Positions 1-9,871 of a stretch of 64,000 bases of DNA are shown here, piece by piece. Position numbers and translations under genes: made by a program. The notes beneath the pieces are model-generated. The model was given only the letters and a program-made list of their open reading frames with translations, did not search any database and was not told the DNA's origin. This DNA comes from Frankiales bacterium (GTDB lineage: Bacteria > Actinomycetota > Actinomycetes > JAWWOW01): assembly GCA_033851265.1 (NCBI GenBank), contig JAWWOW010000005.1, forward strand, positions 302,972 through 366,971. The letters are read 5' to 3'. Position 1 is the stretch's first letter, and each line of letters begins with the position of its first letter.

Positions 1-342
1 CTCGAACAGCAGCGCGCCCTGTGGTCCGGCCCGCAACGGCCCGAAGGCAGCGCCGTGGGGGAGCTCGACATGGGTGCCCGCCGGGCAATGCCGTTGACCG
101 ATCTGCAACTCACCGTCGAGGACAAAGAGCACGTGGGGGCTGTGATGTCCGTGCCGTCGCACAATCATCCCCGGGTCGTAGCGGGCGTACAGGGAGAGGT
201 ACGGCGGATCGGCGGAGAATGCCAGCCACTTTTCCCAGACCGACGACGTAGTGCCATCGGCGTTGCGTTGTGCCTTGACCTGCTGCCAGGGCACATCGGC
301 ATCGTCGAGGTGACGAAACACCGGTTCGCTAGCGGATGACAT
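1..342 (-). CDS. Cupin-domain protein (ChrR/anti-sigma-like cupin fold), C-terminus beyond window edge
   Basis: Reverse-strand frame open from ATG (complement of 340-342) to position 1. GGAGAGG RBS lies 5 nt upstream. Translation MSSASEPVFRHLDDADVPWQQV...RRHGHHSPHVLFVLDGELQIGQRHCPAGTHVELPHGAAFGP has G-x5-HxH...E...G...P-x-G-x2-H cupin-like spacing. Not in the ORF track because no stop falls in the window. Confidence 0.5.
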   Translation of the reverse strand, partial: MSSASEPVFRHLDDADVPWQQVKAQRNADGTTSSVWEKWLAFSADPPYLSLYARYDPGMIVRRHGHHSPHVLFVLDGELQIGQRHCPAGTHVELPHGAAFGPLRAGPQGALLFE

Positions 343-387
343 GGCTGCACCTCTCCGAATCCGTCCCTGTCACGGCATCATCGGCCC

Positions 388-1227
388 ATGGACGTCGACC
401 GCGCCATTGATGAGCTCTACGCACTGCCACCCGACGACTTCACGGCAGCGCGCGATGAGCAGGCCGCCCTGGCCCGCGTGAGTGGTGACGCGACGTCGGC
501 CGCCGCGTTGCGGAAACTACGGCGGCCGAGCCGGAGTGCGTGGTTGGTCAACCAACTGGTGCGCCATCGTGGTGACGCGGTTGACCAGCTGCTCGACCTC
601 GGATCGGCGCTTCGCGATGCACAGAAGTCGTTGGCGGGAGACGACTTGCGTCGGTTGTCAGCACAACGCAGCGCCGTGGTCTCTGCTCTCGCACGCGATG
701 CGCGTCAGCTGGCCGAGGAGCTCGGTCAACCGGTCAACGACGCTATTGCACGCGAGGTTGAGACGACACTCGACGCTGCCCTTGCTGATCCGGCGGCTGC
801 GGAGCAGGTGCGCAGTGGTCGACTGACGACGTCGCTGCAACACAGCGGCTTTGGCACTGGCGCTGACGAGATCGCGTCTCGTCGACCGGCGAAGAAGCCG
901 GTAGGCAAGTCCGACGCGCCCGCCGACGACGGAGCCGAGGCGAAAAAGGCGCTAAGCGTGGCGCGTGCTGAGACGCAGGAGGCGGAGAAGCGCGAACGCG
1001 CGGAAGAGGCGAACCTCGCTGCTGCGTCGGCACGGCGGGAAAAAACGGTACGCCGCGTTGCGGGACTCGAAGAGGATCTCGCGCACGCGCGTCAGGAAGA
1101 TGCAGCGGCGGCTGACGACGTCAGGTCGGCGCACCGCCGGCGCGACGCAGCGACCAAATCGTTGGACGCCGCGCGCCAGAAAGAGGCGCGCGCAAAGGAG
1201 AGGCTGGACAAGGGGGTGAAACGCTAA
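388..1227 (+). CDS. Conserved hypothetical protein, Ala/Arg/Glu-rich coiled-coil C-terminus
   Basis: 279-aa ORF with protein-like N-terminal half (MDVDRAIDELYALPPDDFTAARDEQ...). C-terminal half is low complexity. Divergent from the cupin gene with a 45-bp spacer. Its 3' end overlaps the TetR stop by 4 nt. Confidence 0.55.
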   Translation: MDVDRAIDELYALPPDDFTAARDEQAALARVSGDATSAAALRKLRRPSRSAWLVNQLVRHRGDAVDQLLDLGSALRDAQKSLAGDDLRRLSAQRSAVVSALARDARQLAEELGQPVNDAIAREVETTLDAALADPAAAEQVRSGRLTTSLQHSGFGTGADEIASRRPAKKPVGKSDAPADDGAEAKKALSVARAETQEAEKRERAEEANLAAASARREKTVRRVAGLEEDLAHARQEDAAAADDVRSAHRRRDAATKSLDAARQKEARAKERLDKGVKR

Positions 1228-1820
1228 ACCGCTCTCGGCGTGAGTACCCGTCGCTCCAAAGTCACGCCCGCGACAAGGATCGCCAGCATCTGCCGGAAGC
1301 TTTCCTCGGCATCTTTGTTGCGGAAGGACCCGGCCGCTTCGAGAAGCACGAAGCCGTGGATACCCGAGCGCACCGCCCTGCCGAAGTGTTTGGCGGTCAC
1401 CGGATCAAGGCCCCAGGACGCCACGATCGCATTGAAGGGCTCGAGGGCTCGGAGGTACACCTTGCGCAGCTCGCTGTGGACCGGCAGCGGTGGCTGCATC
1501 GTCAGCTCGTAGCGCCCCGGGTACCTGCGGGCGTAGCCCCGATAGGCCTCCGCAAATGCGACCAGGGCGTCCTCGCCGCTGCGACCCATGACGGAGCCGC
1601 GCAGCACCTCACCAAGGTCGGCGACTGCGAACAAGCAGAGCGCACGGCGCAGGTCGGCCATGCCATCGACGTGGACGTAGAGCGATGGCGCACGAACGCC
1701 GACCTCTTTCGCGACCCGCGCAAGACTCAGGGCAGGGACGCCTTCGTAATCGATGATCGCCACTGCAGCGGCCACGACCGCTTCGCGATCGAGCCCTACC
1801 CGCGGCGCCATGACATTCAT
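1224..1820 (-). CDS. TetR/AcrR family transcriptional regulator
   Basis: 198 aa. N-terminal HTH LSLARVAKEVGVRAPSLYVHV is typical of TetR_N. Divergently oriented to the ABC transporter operon. Confidence 0.85.
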   Translation of the reverse strand: MNVMAPRVGLDREAVVAAAVAIIDYEGVPALSLARVAKEVGVRAPSLYVHVDGMADLRRALCLFAVADLGEVLRGSVMGRSGEDALVAFAEAYRGYARRYPGRYELTMQPPLPVHSELRKVYLRALEPFNAIVASWGLDPVTAKHFGRAVRSGIHGFVLLEAAGSFRNKDAEESFRQMLAILVAGVTLERRVLTPRAV

Positions 1821-1955
1821 ATGTATCAGTGCGCGTCGGCACTTGTCTAAGGACGTTAGGCACCTGCCTTGTGCGGCTCGGTGTCTGGATCTAACGTCTC
1901 GTCAGATTTCGAGGGTGAGCACGGTCATCCAGTGGGACGCGTTGTGGAGGCCAGC
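1821..1955. promoter_or_regulatory. Divergent TetR/ABC-operon control region with inverted repeat
   Basis: gacgttag (1852-1859) and ctaacgtc (1891-1898) form an 8-bp inverted repeat with a 31-nt spacer. GGAGG RBS at 1945-1949. An ~85%-identical copy of this region recurs at 3448-3604 upstream of the second SBP gene. Confidence 0.3.
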
Positions 1956-3422
1956 ATGCGGGTCCGCAGCACACCTCTTGTTGGCGCGTTGATGGTCCTC
2001 GTGGTGCTCGTCGGTGCCTGCGGCAACCGCGCCCCCGACACACTCAAGTCGCAAGCTCGAGCGGGCGCTATCAACGGCAGTGACGGCAACGGCAGCGGGA
2101 CAGGAAATGGCACCGGAGCAGGGACGGGAAGCGGAGCCGGGACGGGCACCGCTGCCGGGACCGGGACGGGTGCCGGAACCGGAATGGGAACGGGCAACGG
2201 GACTGGGACTGGGACTGGAACCGCAACGGGCACCCGCTCCGGTGGCGGGACCAGCAAATGCAGCAGCAGTGGTGACAAGGGCCAGTCCGGCAACACGATG
2301 ACGGTTGGCTTGGTCGCCGACACCACGGGGCCCGTGTCCGGGGTATTCCAGGGTGCGGTGCAAGGTGCGCAGGCGTACGCGGCGTACGTCAACTCCACGT
2401 TCGGTGGCATCTGCGGCATGCAGGTCGTCGTCAAAGCGGCCGACAGCAAGACCAACTGCCAGGGCAACCAGGCGGCAACACAGGACCTGGTCGGGAAGGT
2501 ATTCGCCTTCGTCGGCTCGTTCTCGGTCTATGACAACTGCGGAGCCAAGATCCTGAAGAACTACCCGGATGTCGCCGACGTCCATCGAGCGCTCGACCCC
2601 GCGGCGCAGATCCCAACGAACTTCAGCATTGAGGCGGGCCGGCTGGGCTACGCCAGCGGAATGTTCGAGTACTACGCGAAGAAGTTCCCCGGCCAGATCA
2701 AGGCCGTCGGCACGCTCTCGACCGATGTCCCCGCAGCGGCCGCTTCCCAACGGGCGTTTGTCAACGTGGCGAAGAAGTCGGGTTGGAACTTCGTCTACCA
2801 ACGGGGTGTGGCGGCGACCGAGACCGACTTCACCAGCGACTTCGTCAAGATGTGCAAGCAGAAGGGCGTAAAGGTCTTCTACACATCCGCAACCACCGCG
2901 TCGAACGCCGCTGCAATGGTCAACAACGAGAAGGCCGCCGGCTGCCCAGACAGCCTGATCAACATCATCTCGATCGCCTATGACCAAGCGTTTATCAAGG
3001 CGATGGGGAGCAACGTCAGAGCGGCTGACGGCATGCTCGGTTGGAACGAGTTCGCGCTGTTCTTCAACCAAGAGGAGGCGCGCAACAGCGCGGAGGTCGC
3101 GCTCTTCCAGCAGTGGATGGCGCGGGTCTATCCCGGCCGAACACTCGACCTGTTCGCACTGTTCTCCTGGGAGAGCATGCGGCTGTTCCAGGACGGGATG
3201 GAAAAGACCGCCCCGCAGGCGAAACGCCAGGATCTCGTGGCGGCACTGCGAACGATCACGAAGTTCAACGGTCGCGGGTCGCTCGCGCCCATCAATCCGA
3301 GCTCCAGAACCGTTGGGCCGACGTGTTACGTCCTCTGGGAGCTGCAGAACGGCGTCTACCGACGCGTCGACACGCCGGCAAAGGGCTACCGCTGCGATGG
3401 CCACTACGAGTACGCGTCCTGA
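1956..3422 (+). CDS. ABC transporter substrate-binding lipoprotein, branched-chain amino acid (Leu/Ile/Val)-binding family (periplasmic binding protein type I)
   Basis: ATG at 1956 is in frame with track ORF 1869..3422. Signal peptide plus lipobox [22 protein letters not shown]. About 60-aa G/T/A/S/N linker, then a PBP1-like domain ([15 protein letters not shown]...). About 80% identical to the downstream paralog. Confidence 0.85.
   Translation: MRVRSTPLVGALMVLVVLVGACGNRAPDTLKSQARAGAINGSDGNGSGTGNGTGAGTGSGAGTGTAAGTGTGAGTGMGTGNGTGTGTGTATGTRSGGGTSKCSSSGDKGQSGNTMTVGLVADTTGPVSGVFQGAVQGAQAYAAYVNSTFGGICGMQVVVKAADSKTNCQGNQAATQDLVGKVFAFVGSFSVYDNCGAKILKNYPDVADVHRALDPAAQIPTNFSIEAGRLGYASGMFEYYAKKFPGQIKAVGTLSTDVPAAAASQRAFVNVAKKSGWNFVYQRGVAATETDFTSDFVKMCKQKGVKVFYTSATTASNAAAMVNNEKAAGCPDSLINIISIAYDQAFIKAMGSNVRAADGMLGWNEFALFFNQEEARNSAEVALFQQWMARVYPGRTLDLFALFSWESMRLFQDGMEKTAPQAKRQDLVAALRTITKFNGRGSLAPINPSSRTVGPTCYVLWELQNGVYRRVDTPAKGYRCDGHYEYAS
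2077..2256 (+). repeat. Coding low-complexity Gly/Thr/Ala/Ser tract (degenerate GGNACN-type repeats)
   Basis: Encodes [60 protein letters not shown], directly after the lipobox Cys. Confidence 0.8.
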
Positions 3423-3604
3423 GGACGACCCGTAGGACCGTGTCTAAGGGCGTTAGGCACCTGCCTTGTGCGGTTCGATGTGTCGTTCTAACGTCTCGTC
3501 AGGTTTTGATGTTGGGGTCGCTTGAACGGGCAGGACCGGCGGCTCACGACGTCGAAGTTGGGGTGAACACGCCCCACCCAGCGGGACGCGTTGTGGAGGC
3601 CAGC

Positions 3605-5074
3605 ATGCGGGTCCGGGTCATCCCTCTTGTCTGTGCGTTGATGGGCCTAGTGGTGATGATCGGGGCCTGCGGCAACCGCGCTCCCGACACCCTCAAGGCA
3701 CAAGCCCGCGAGGGCGCCATCAATGGTGGCGGTGGTACGGGCAGCGGCACCGGTACGGGTACCGGGACCGGGACCGGTACGGGCACCGGCACTGGTACCG
3801 GCACTGGGACGGGGACCGGGACGGGGACGGGCACCGGGACGGGGACTGGCACTGGAACCGGCACAGGAACCGGGACGGGTCCTAATGGTGGCCCGGGCGG
3901 TGCTAACAAGTGCAGCAGCAGCGGTGACAAAGGTCAGTCCGGCACGAGCATGACCGTGGGGCTGGTCGCCGACCTGACCGGCCCCGTCTCCGGCTTGTTC
4001 CAAGGCGCGGTTGAAGGCGCGCAAGCATTTGCGGCGTACGCCAACTCCACCCTCGGTGGGATCTGCGGGATGCAGGTCAACGTCAAGGCAACCGACAGTC
4101 GCACGAACTGCCAGGGCAACCAGACCGCTACGCAGGACCTTGTCAACAAGGTGTTCGCCTTTGCCGGCTCGTTCTCGCTGTATGACAACTGCGGCGCGAA
4201 GATCCTGAAGAACTACCCCGACATAGCCGATGTGCATCGCGCTCTGGACCCAGCCGCTCGGATCTCGACCAACTTCAGCATCCAAGCGGGCAAGCTCGGC
4301 TACGCGACCGGCATGTTCGCGTACTACGCGAAGAAGTTCCCGGAACAGGTCAAGCATGTCGGCACGATCTACGGCGACATCCCGGCATCGGCCGCATCCC
4401 AGCGCGCGTTCGTCAAGGCGACGGAGTCGGTGGGGTGGAAGTACGTGTACAGCCGCGGCGCGGCTGCCACCGAGACTGACTTCACGAGCGACTTCGTCAA
4501 AATGTGCAAGCAGAAGGGGGTCCAGCTCTTCTTCTCGTCGACGACGACGGCGTCGAATGCTGCGGCCATGATCAACAATGAGAAGGCAGCCGGCTGCCCA
4601 CCGTCGCTGATCAACATCATCCCCATCGCGTACGACCAGAGCTTCCTCAAGGCGCTGGGAGGCAACGTCGCGGCTGCCAATGGTCTGCTCGGATCGAACG
4701 AGTTCGCACTCTTCTTCAATCCGGAAGAGGCACGGAACAACGCCGAGGTCGCGCTCTTCCAGCAGTGGATGGCTCGCGTGTACCCCGGCAAGCCGCTCGA
4801 TCTCTTCGCGCTGTTCTCGTGGGCGGATATGCGCCTCTTCCAACAGGGGATGGAGAAGACGGCTCCGAAGGCGAAACGCAAGGATCTCGTGGCTGCACTG
4901 CGAACAATCACGAAATTCGACGATCACGGCGCAATGGCACCGATCAACCCCAACTCTCAATCCGTCGGCCCGACGTGTTACGTGCTCTGGGAGTTGCAGA
5001 ACGGCGTGTACCGCCGCGTCGACACTCCGGCCAAGGGCTATCGCTGCGACGGCACCTACGTGTACGCGGACTGA
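3605..5074 (+). CDS. ABC transporter substrate-binding lipoprotein, paralog of 1956..3422
   Basis: ATG at 3605 is in frame with track ORF 3041..5074. [22 protein letters not shown] signal/lipobox, a (GT)~25 linker, then a PBP1-like domain with long identical blocks to the upstream paralog ([56 protein letters not shown]). Confidence 0.85.
   Translation: MRVRVIPLVCALMGLVVMIGACGNRAPDTLKAQAREGAINGGGGTGSGTGTGTGTGTGTGTGTGTGTGTGTGTGTGTGTGTGTGTGTGTGTGPNGGPGGANKCSSSGDKGQSGTSMTVGLVADLTGPVSGLFQGAVEGAQAFAAYANSTLGGICGMQVNVKATDSRTNCQGNQTATQDLVNKVFAFAGSFSLYDNCGAKILKNYPDIADVHRALDPAARISTNFSIQAGKLGYATGMFAYYAKKFPEQVKHVGTIYGDIPASAASQRAFVKATESVGWKYVYSRGAAATETDFTSDFVKMCKQKGVQLFFSSTTTASNAAAMINNEKAAGCPPSLINIIPIAYDQSFLKALGGNVAAANGLLGSNEFALFFNPEEARNNAEVALFQQWMARVYPGKPLDLFALFSWADMRLFQQGMEKTAPKAKRKDLVAALRTITKFDDHGAMAPINPNSQSVGPTCYVLWELQNGVYRRVDTPAKGYRCDGTYVYAD
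3724..3906 (+). repeat. Near-perfect hexanucleotide (GGN ACN)n tract encoding (Gly-Thr)n tether
   Basis: ggcaccggtacgggtaccgggaccgggaccggtacgggc... encodes [60 protein letters not shown]. Confidence 0.8.
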
Positions 5075-5089
5075 GGCCGAGGCTGAGCC

Positions 5090-7039
5090 ATGGAGATCTT
5101 TCTCGTCTACACCATCCTGGGGATTGTCACGGGCTGCGTGTATGCGATCACGGCGACTGGCCTGGTGGTCACCTACACCACGACCGGCATCTTCAACTTC
5201 GGCCATGGCGCGATCAGCATGTTCGCTGCTTATACGTACTGGCAGCTGACCCAAGCCTGGAACATCCCGCAGCCAATCGCCCTGATCCTGGTGCTGTTCA
5301 TCCTTGCTCCCGCGTTCGGCGTCGTCATCGAACGCGTGCTCATGCGACCGATGTACGGCGCACCTGTCGACCTGACCCTGGTCGTGACCCTTGGGCTGCT
5401 GCTGACATTGCTCGGTTTGGCTTTTTGGGCCTGGGACCCGCAGGTCACGCGGCTACCTGTTGACTTCTTCAACCGCCGCGAGTTTCACGTCGGCTTTCTT
5501 GCGGTGTCCTACACGAAGGTCGTCACGGTCATCGTGGCCATCGCGATCGCGATCGGCCTGAAGGTGTTCTTCTCGCGCACGCGCACAGGTATCGCGATGC
5601 GTGCGGTCGTTGACAACCCGGACCTGGTGGCGATGGCCGGCGGTCGCCCGTACCGGATCCAGCAACTGTCCTGGGCTCTCGGATGTTCGCTGGCGGCAAT
5701 CGCCGGCATTCTCATCGCCCCGCTCACTCAAAACGTGCTGGACATCAACACCCTCACCCTGAACGTCATCAACGGATACGCCGCAGCAATGATCGGCCGG
5801 CTGCGAAACCTGCCCGCAACCGTTGCTGGTGCCATCGGAATTGGGTTGCTAACGCAGTACACAGTCGAGTTTGCGCCCTCAGGACAGTTCTGGAACAAGG
5901 CGTACCAGATCATTCCGATGGTCGTGTTGTTCATCGCACTGATTCTGTTGCCGCAAGACCGACTCCGCTCCGGATCGCTCGCCGCACCAGTTGCCCCGAA
6001 GCCGGCGGGACTGCGCTCGTCCGTGGTGTGGGCCGTCATCCTCGTCGTCGCGACAATCGTGATCTCCGGCCACTTGTCGCTGTCAAACCTGCAATCCGGC
6101 AGCCAAGGCTTTGCTCTGGCTTTTGTACTGCTCTCGTTAGTCGTGCTCACCGGGTATAGCGGCTTGCCGTCTCTCTGCGCGATGACGTTCGTGGGTCTAG
6201 GTGCCTACGCCGTCGGTCACTACACCGCACATGGATCACTCCTGGGCGGACTGCTCGGAGTCTTGCTCGCGATGGCCGTGGGCGTCCTGGTGGCGTTGCC
6301 GACATTGCGGCTCCGTGGGCTCTATCTTGCGCTCGCCACACTCGCCTTCGGTCAGGCGATGTACACCGTGTTCTTCGTCGGGTATCTCAGCAAGGGAACT
6401 GGCACCGGCGTCGGCTTGGACATCGAACGACCGAGTGTGTTCGGAATCTCGACCAGTTCCAACCGCGCATTCCTCATCTTCACTGCGGCCGTCTTCGCAA
6501 TTGCGTCGATCGGCGTCCTCGCCTTGCGGCGGGGTCCGTACGGCCGCCGCATGGCCGCGTTGAATGACTCGCCCGCTGCGTGCGCGACGCTAGGCGTCAA
6601 CATCAACTGGACGAAGCTGTCAATCTTCGCGCTCTCAGCCGGTCTAGCCGGCTTTGGCGGGTTGTTGTTCGGCGGTGTCACACAACTTGTCACGGACACT
6701 GACTTCTATCTATTCCAGAGCCTCATCATCTTGCTACTTGTGCGCATCGGTGGCATCAATACCGTGAGCGGGGCGTTTCTCGGTGCGATGTTCTTTGCTG
6801 CGTTCCCGATCATTCAGACGCATGTCGCCGGGGTCGCAAACCTGCAGTACATCCTGACCGGCGTGGGTGCCATCGCGTTGGCGCGCGACCCCAACGGACT
6901 GGGTCGACGGGTTGCAGAACTCTGCGAATGGGCGCGCAACCTCGTGTCGCGAGAGCGGTCGAAGCCAAAACCGGTGTCGAGCGACAGAGTTCTCGACTAT
7001 CTGCCGGAGGAGGAGAGCCTTGCCACCGCCGGCCACTGA
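5090..7039 (+). CDS. Fused branched-chain amino acid-type ABC permease (LivH-like plus LivM-like domains)
   Basis: 649 aa with two successive polytopic permease modules and the characteristic motifs (GLVVTYTTTGIFNFGHGA...; GYSGLPSLCAMTFVGLGAY). Follows the second SBP with a 15-nt gap. Confidence 0.9.
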   Translation: MEIFLVYTILGIVTGCVYAITATGLVVTYTTTGIFNFGHGAISMFAAYTYWQLTQAWNIPQPIALILVLFILAPAFGVVIERVLMRPMYGAPVDLTLVVTLGLLLTLLGLAFWAWDPQVTRLPVDFFNRREFHVGFLAVSYTKVVTVIVAIAIAIGLKVFFSRTRTGIAMRAVVDNPDLVAMAGGRPYRIQQLSWALGCSLAAIAGILIAPLTQNVLDINTLTLNVINGYAAAMIGRLRNLPATVAGAIGIGLLTQYTVEFAPSGQFWNKAYQIIPMVVLFIALILLPQDRLRSGSLAAPVAPKPAGLRSSVVWAVILVVATIVISGHLSLSNLQSGSQGFALAFVLLSLVVLTGYSGLPSLCAMTFVGLGAYAVGHYTAHGSLLGGLLGVLLAMAVGVLVALPTLRLRGLYLALATLAFGQAMYTVFFVGYLSKGTGTGVGLDIERPSVFGISTSSNRAFLIFTAAVFAIASIGVLALRRGPYGRRMAALNDSPAACATLGVNINWTKLSIFALSAGLAGFGGLLFGGVTQLVTDTDFYLFQSLIILLLVRIGGINTVSGAFLGAMFFAAFPIIQTHVAGVANLQYILTGVGAIALARDPNGLGRRVAELCEWARNLVSRERSKPKPVSSDRVLDYLPEEESLATAGH

Positions 7040-7808
7040 AACGTTCGCTAGCACCGAGCCCGTTCTCGAGGTGATCGGCGTCTCCGTGCGTTTCGGTGGG
7101 CTGCAGGCGCTCGACCTGGTCGACCTGACTGCCCTACCCGCCCAGATCACCGGTCTGATCGGCCCGAACGGTGCCGGTAAGACGACTCTCTTCAATGTCA
7201 TCACGGGGCTCGAGCGGCCGACAGCGGGACGCGTCGTGATTGCTGCCAAAGACGTCGGACGGATGTCGCCGTTCCGCCGGGCGCGACTCGGAATCGGTCG
7301 GACCTTCCAGCGGCTCGAGGTTTTCGGCTCGCTGTCCGTGCACGACAACATCCTGGCGGCAGCGGAGTTTCGAAAGGGTTGGGCCCGCGACGGTTCCAAG
7401 CCGAGAGACGTTGCTCGGGAAGTGATCGAGCGCATCGGTCTAGGCGACGTGAGCGACTCGCGTGTGGAGTCGCTGCCGACGGGCCATGCCCGCCTGGTCG
7501 AGCTAGGACGCGCTCTGGCGACGCGTCCGCGACTACTCCTGCTGGACGAGCCCGGCTCCGGTCTGAACTCGGAGGAAACGGAGTCTTTAGGCCACCTGCT
7601 GACCGAGTTGGCCGACGAAGGCACGGCAATCCTGCTCGTCGAGCACGACATGGAACTCGTGATGCGGGTGTGCCACCGCATCTACGTGCTCGACTTCGGC
7701 AAGATCATCTCGACGGGCACTGCTGCCGACGTGCAAGCAGACCCGGCCGTACAAGCGGCGTACCTTGGCACCGATACCTCCCTTACCCCGGAGGGGGAGG
7801 TGGCCTAG
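7020..7808 (+). CDS. livG: ABC transporter ATP-binding protein, LivG-like
   Basis: Walker A GPNGAGKTT, LSGG-like signature and Walker B LLLDEP. Proposed TTG start at 7020 sits after a GGAGG (7007-7011) and overlaps the permease stop by 20 nt. The track ORF 6867..7808 has no internal ATG before the NBD. Confidence 0.8.
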   Translation: MPPPATETFASTEPVLEVIGVSVRFGGLQALDLVDLTALPAQITGLIGPNGAGKTTLFNVITGLERPTAGRVVIAAKDVGRMSPFRRARLGIGRTFQRLEVFGSLSVHDNILAAAEFRKGWARDGSKPRDVAREVIERIGLGDVSDSRVESLPTGHARLVELGRALATRPRLLLLDEPGSGLNSEETESLGHLLTELADEGTAILLVEHDMELVMRVCHRIYVLDFGKIISTGTAADVQADPAVQAAYLGTDTSLTPEGEVA

Positions 7809-8519
7809 GTGACGACAGCAGCGCTAGAGCTCATCGACGTGCGCGCGGGCTACGGCCGTATCGAGGTGCTGCACGGCGTCTCGTTCGCAGTGCCCACCGG
7901 CACGGTGTTCGCTCTTCTCGGACCCAACGGGGGCGGCAAGTCCACGACGATGCAGGTGATCTCCGGCAAGATCCGGCCGACGGCCGGATGTGTGCACATC
8001 GCCGGAACGCACGTCAACGGCGCCAGCCCCGATGGGTTGACGCGTGCCGGGGTGTGCCGGATCCCCGAGGGTCGCGGCATCTTCCCGAACCTCACCGTGA
8101 CCGAGAACCTGCGGATGTGGACGTACGCCGCTGAGCTGTCGTTGCGGGATGTCGAAGAGCGCACGTACGCGCGGTTCCCACGACTTGGTGAACGCCGCCG
8201 GCAGCGGGCGGGCACGTTGTCGGGTGGCGAGCAGCAGATGCTGGCGATGTCACGCGCATTGGTGTCCGAACCCGCATTGCTGTTGCTCGACGAGATTTCG
8301 ATGGGCCTCGCGCCCCTGATCGTTGCCGAGCTCTTTGAGCTCGTCGGTCAGCTTGCACAAGAAGGCATCACCATCTTGTTGGTGGAGCAGTTCGCACATA
8401 CGGCGTTGGCCGTCGCTGACTACGCGGCTGTCATGACGCAGGGCCAGATTGCGGCCGTCGGTGAACCCGGCGATGTCGAGAGCATGGTTTCCGAGGCGTA
8501 CCTGGGAGGTGTCGCATGA
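7809..8519 (+). CDS. livF: ABC transporter ATP-binding protein, LivF-like
   Basis: GTG start immediately after the livG stop. Walker A GPNGGGKST, signature LSGGEQQML and Walker B LLLDE. Confidence 0.9.
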   Translation: MTTAALELIDVRAGYGRIEVLHGVSFAVPTGTVFALLGPNGGGKSTTMQVISGKIRPTAGCVHIAGTHVNGASPDGLTRAGVCRIPEGRGIFPNLTVTENLRMWTYAAELSLRDVEERTYARFPRLGERRRQRAGTLSGGEQQMLAMSRALVSEPALLLLDEISMGLAPLIVAELFELVGQLAQEGITILLVEQFAHTALAVADYAAVMTQGQIAAVGEPGDVESMVSEAYLGGVA

Positions 8520-9871
8520 AGCGACGCATAGCGATGGCGAGCCTTGCTACCGGAGGGGCGCTGTTCGTCACAGGCGGCCTGGGCATGGGTGGTGTGTGGG
8601 CAGCCGACGGGGCCGGCTCGGGCTTTGGCTCGCTCGGTCTGGTTGGTCTCGCGCACTCGGTACGCCTCGTCGGCCTCAACGCCGACGGCAAAGAGGGTGA
8701 AGGCCAGGTGCCCTATAGCGCTGCCACTCTCGCCACCGGCCCATTCGGTCATGCGTTGTCATCGATCGTCTGGCCCGGTGGCACCGCGGGCAACGCTGGA
8801 TCAACGCTTGGGTTGTTGGGCAACCCGGCCTGCGCCGCCGCGTCCAACGTGCATCCGATCCCAGGGTGCCCGCCGCTTCCGGTCGCGCTTTCAGAGAAGT
8901 ACCCAGCTCTCAACGACGATCTGAAGGTCGAGTCGCAGACCAACAGCGGCGACGCCAGTGACAGCATCAACCAGGGTGATGGCGCAGTAGTCATGTCCGC
9001 CACGGCCCTCGAGGACGATGTTCGAGCGGAGTCCTCGGTCGCCGGCACTCGAATCACTGGCGTTGGCGTCTTTGGCCCGAGCAGCGCTGCGGCGCGGACC
9101 CAGCTCACCGGGGCCAAGTCGGCGGTCAGTGACGCGTCGAGCCAGGTCCGTGACGTCGACCTGGCGGCCGGCGTCTTCAAGATCGGTTCGGTGAAATCAG
9201 TGGCGCACGCAGTCACGAATGGGGTGACTTCAAGCGGCACCGGCAGCTCGGTCGTGACGGGCTTCACCATCGCGAAGGTGCCGGTGACGGTCGATGACAA
9301 GGGGATCCACGTCAACGCGACTGGTGGCTCTGCCAAGGCAGCGAATGACGCGGTTAACAAGGCCGTCAAGAACTTCAGCTTCCAGGCCTATTTGACTCAG
9401 CCGACGTCGACCACCAAGGGCGGCGATACGACCTACAACTCGGGCAGCCTCGTCATCGTGATCCTCGATCCGTCGTACCAGTCCGGAGCCAACAACGACG
9501 GGCACGTGCTAGAGATCGGTGGGGCGTCGGTCACTGCTTCGGCGCTACCAGGCTTCGGCGGGCCGCTCCCGCCGTTCGTCTCGATTCCGCCAGTGGGGAC
9601 TACGCCCACCACCACGCTTCCGGGCTTGGGAGCAAGCACGGGCACGGGCACCACCGGCGGATTCGCGCCGGCCCCGAATACGAGCGGACCTAATGGGTCG
9701 GTCCCGCCAGTGCAACTGGCCGGAAAGCCGCTCGGTGAAGTGTTCGGCGGGTTGTCACCGGCGTGGGCCGTCGCAGTGCTGTTCGGGGTGGGCTTCATGG
9801 CGGCCGGCTTCCGCCGCTTACCGGACCGGCTGTTGGAAGACACCGGCGCTAGTTGTCCCTTGGAGGATTGA
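8516..9871 (+). CDS. Exported protein of unknown function with N-terminal signal peptide and C-terminal transmembrane anchor
   Basis: ATGA overlap with livF stop. N-terminal MKRRIAMASLATGGALFVTGGLGMGGVWAADG. C-terminal hydrophobic AWAVAVLFGVGFMAAGF followed by RRLPDRL. Thr/Ser/Gly-rich. Confidence 0.65.
   Translation: MKRRIAMASLATGGALFVTGGLGMGGVWAADGAGSGFGSLGLVGLAHSVRLVGLNADGKEGEGQVPYSAATLATGPFGHALSSIVWPGGTAGNAGSTLGLLGNPACAAASNVHPIPGCPPLPVALSEKYPALNDDLKVESQTNSGDASDSINQGDGAVVMSATALEDDVRAESSVAGTRITGVGVFGPSSAAARTQLTGAKSAVSDASSQVRDVDLAAGVFKIGSVKSVAHAVTNGVTSSGTGSSVVTGFTIAKVPVTVDDKGIHVNATGGSAKAANDAVNKAVKNFSFQAYLTQPTSTTKGGDTTYNSGSLVIVILDPSYQSGANNDGHVLEIGGASVTASALPGFGGPLPPFVSIPPVGTTPTTTLPGLGASTGTGTTGGFAPAPNTSGPNGSVPPVQLAGKPLGEVFGGLSPAWAVAVLFGVGFMAAGFRRLPDRLLEDTGASCPLED

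Noticed and set aside
55-339. Plus-strand 94-aa ORF at the window start
   Set aside because: It is antisense to a better-supported minus-strand cupin ORF that has a strong GGAGAGG RBS and cupin-like motifs.
2077-3906. GT-rich repeats considered as a possible CRISPR-like or non-coding repeat array
   Set aside because: The repeats are in frame inside the lipoprotein genes and encode Gly-Thr tethers. There are no spacer/repeat alternations and no cas genes.
1902-5254. Very long minus-strand ORFs (1902..3404, 3647..5254) antisense to the two SBP genes
   Set aside because: High-GC antisense artefacts. Their translations are Arg/Pro/Gly-rich with no domain-like blocks. The plus-strand frames carry clear lipoprotein/PBP features.
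6867-7019. Upstream extension of the livG ORF (track ORF starts 6867)
   Set aside because: The extension overlaps the permease coding region in another frame, has no ATG and reads as Arg/Cys/Ser-rich junk. The TTG at 7020 with GGAGG gives a normal NBD N-terminus.
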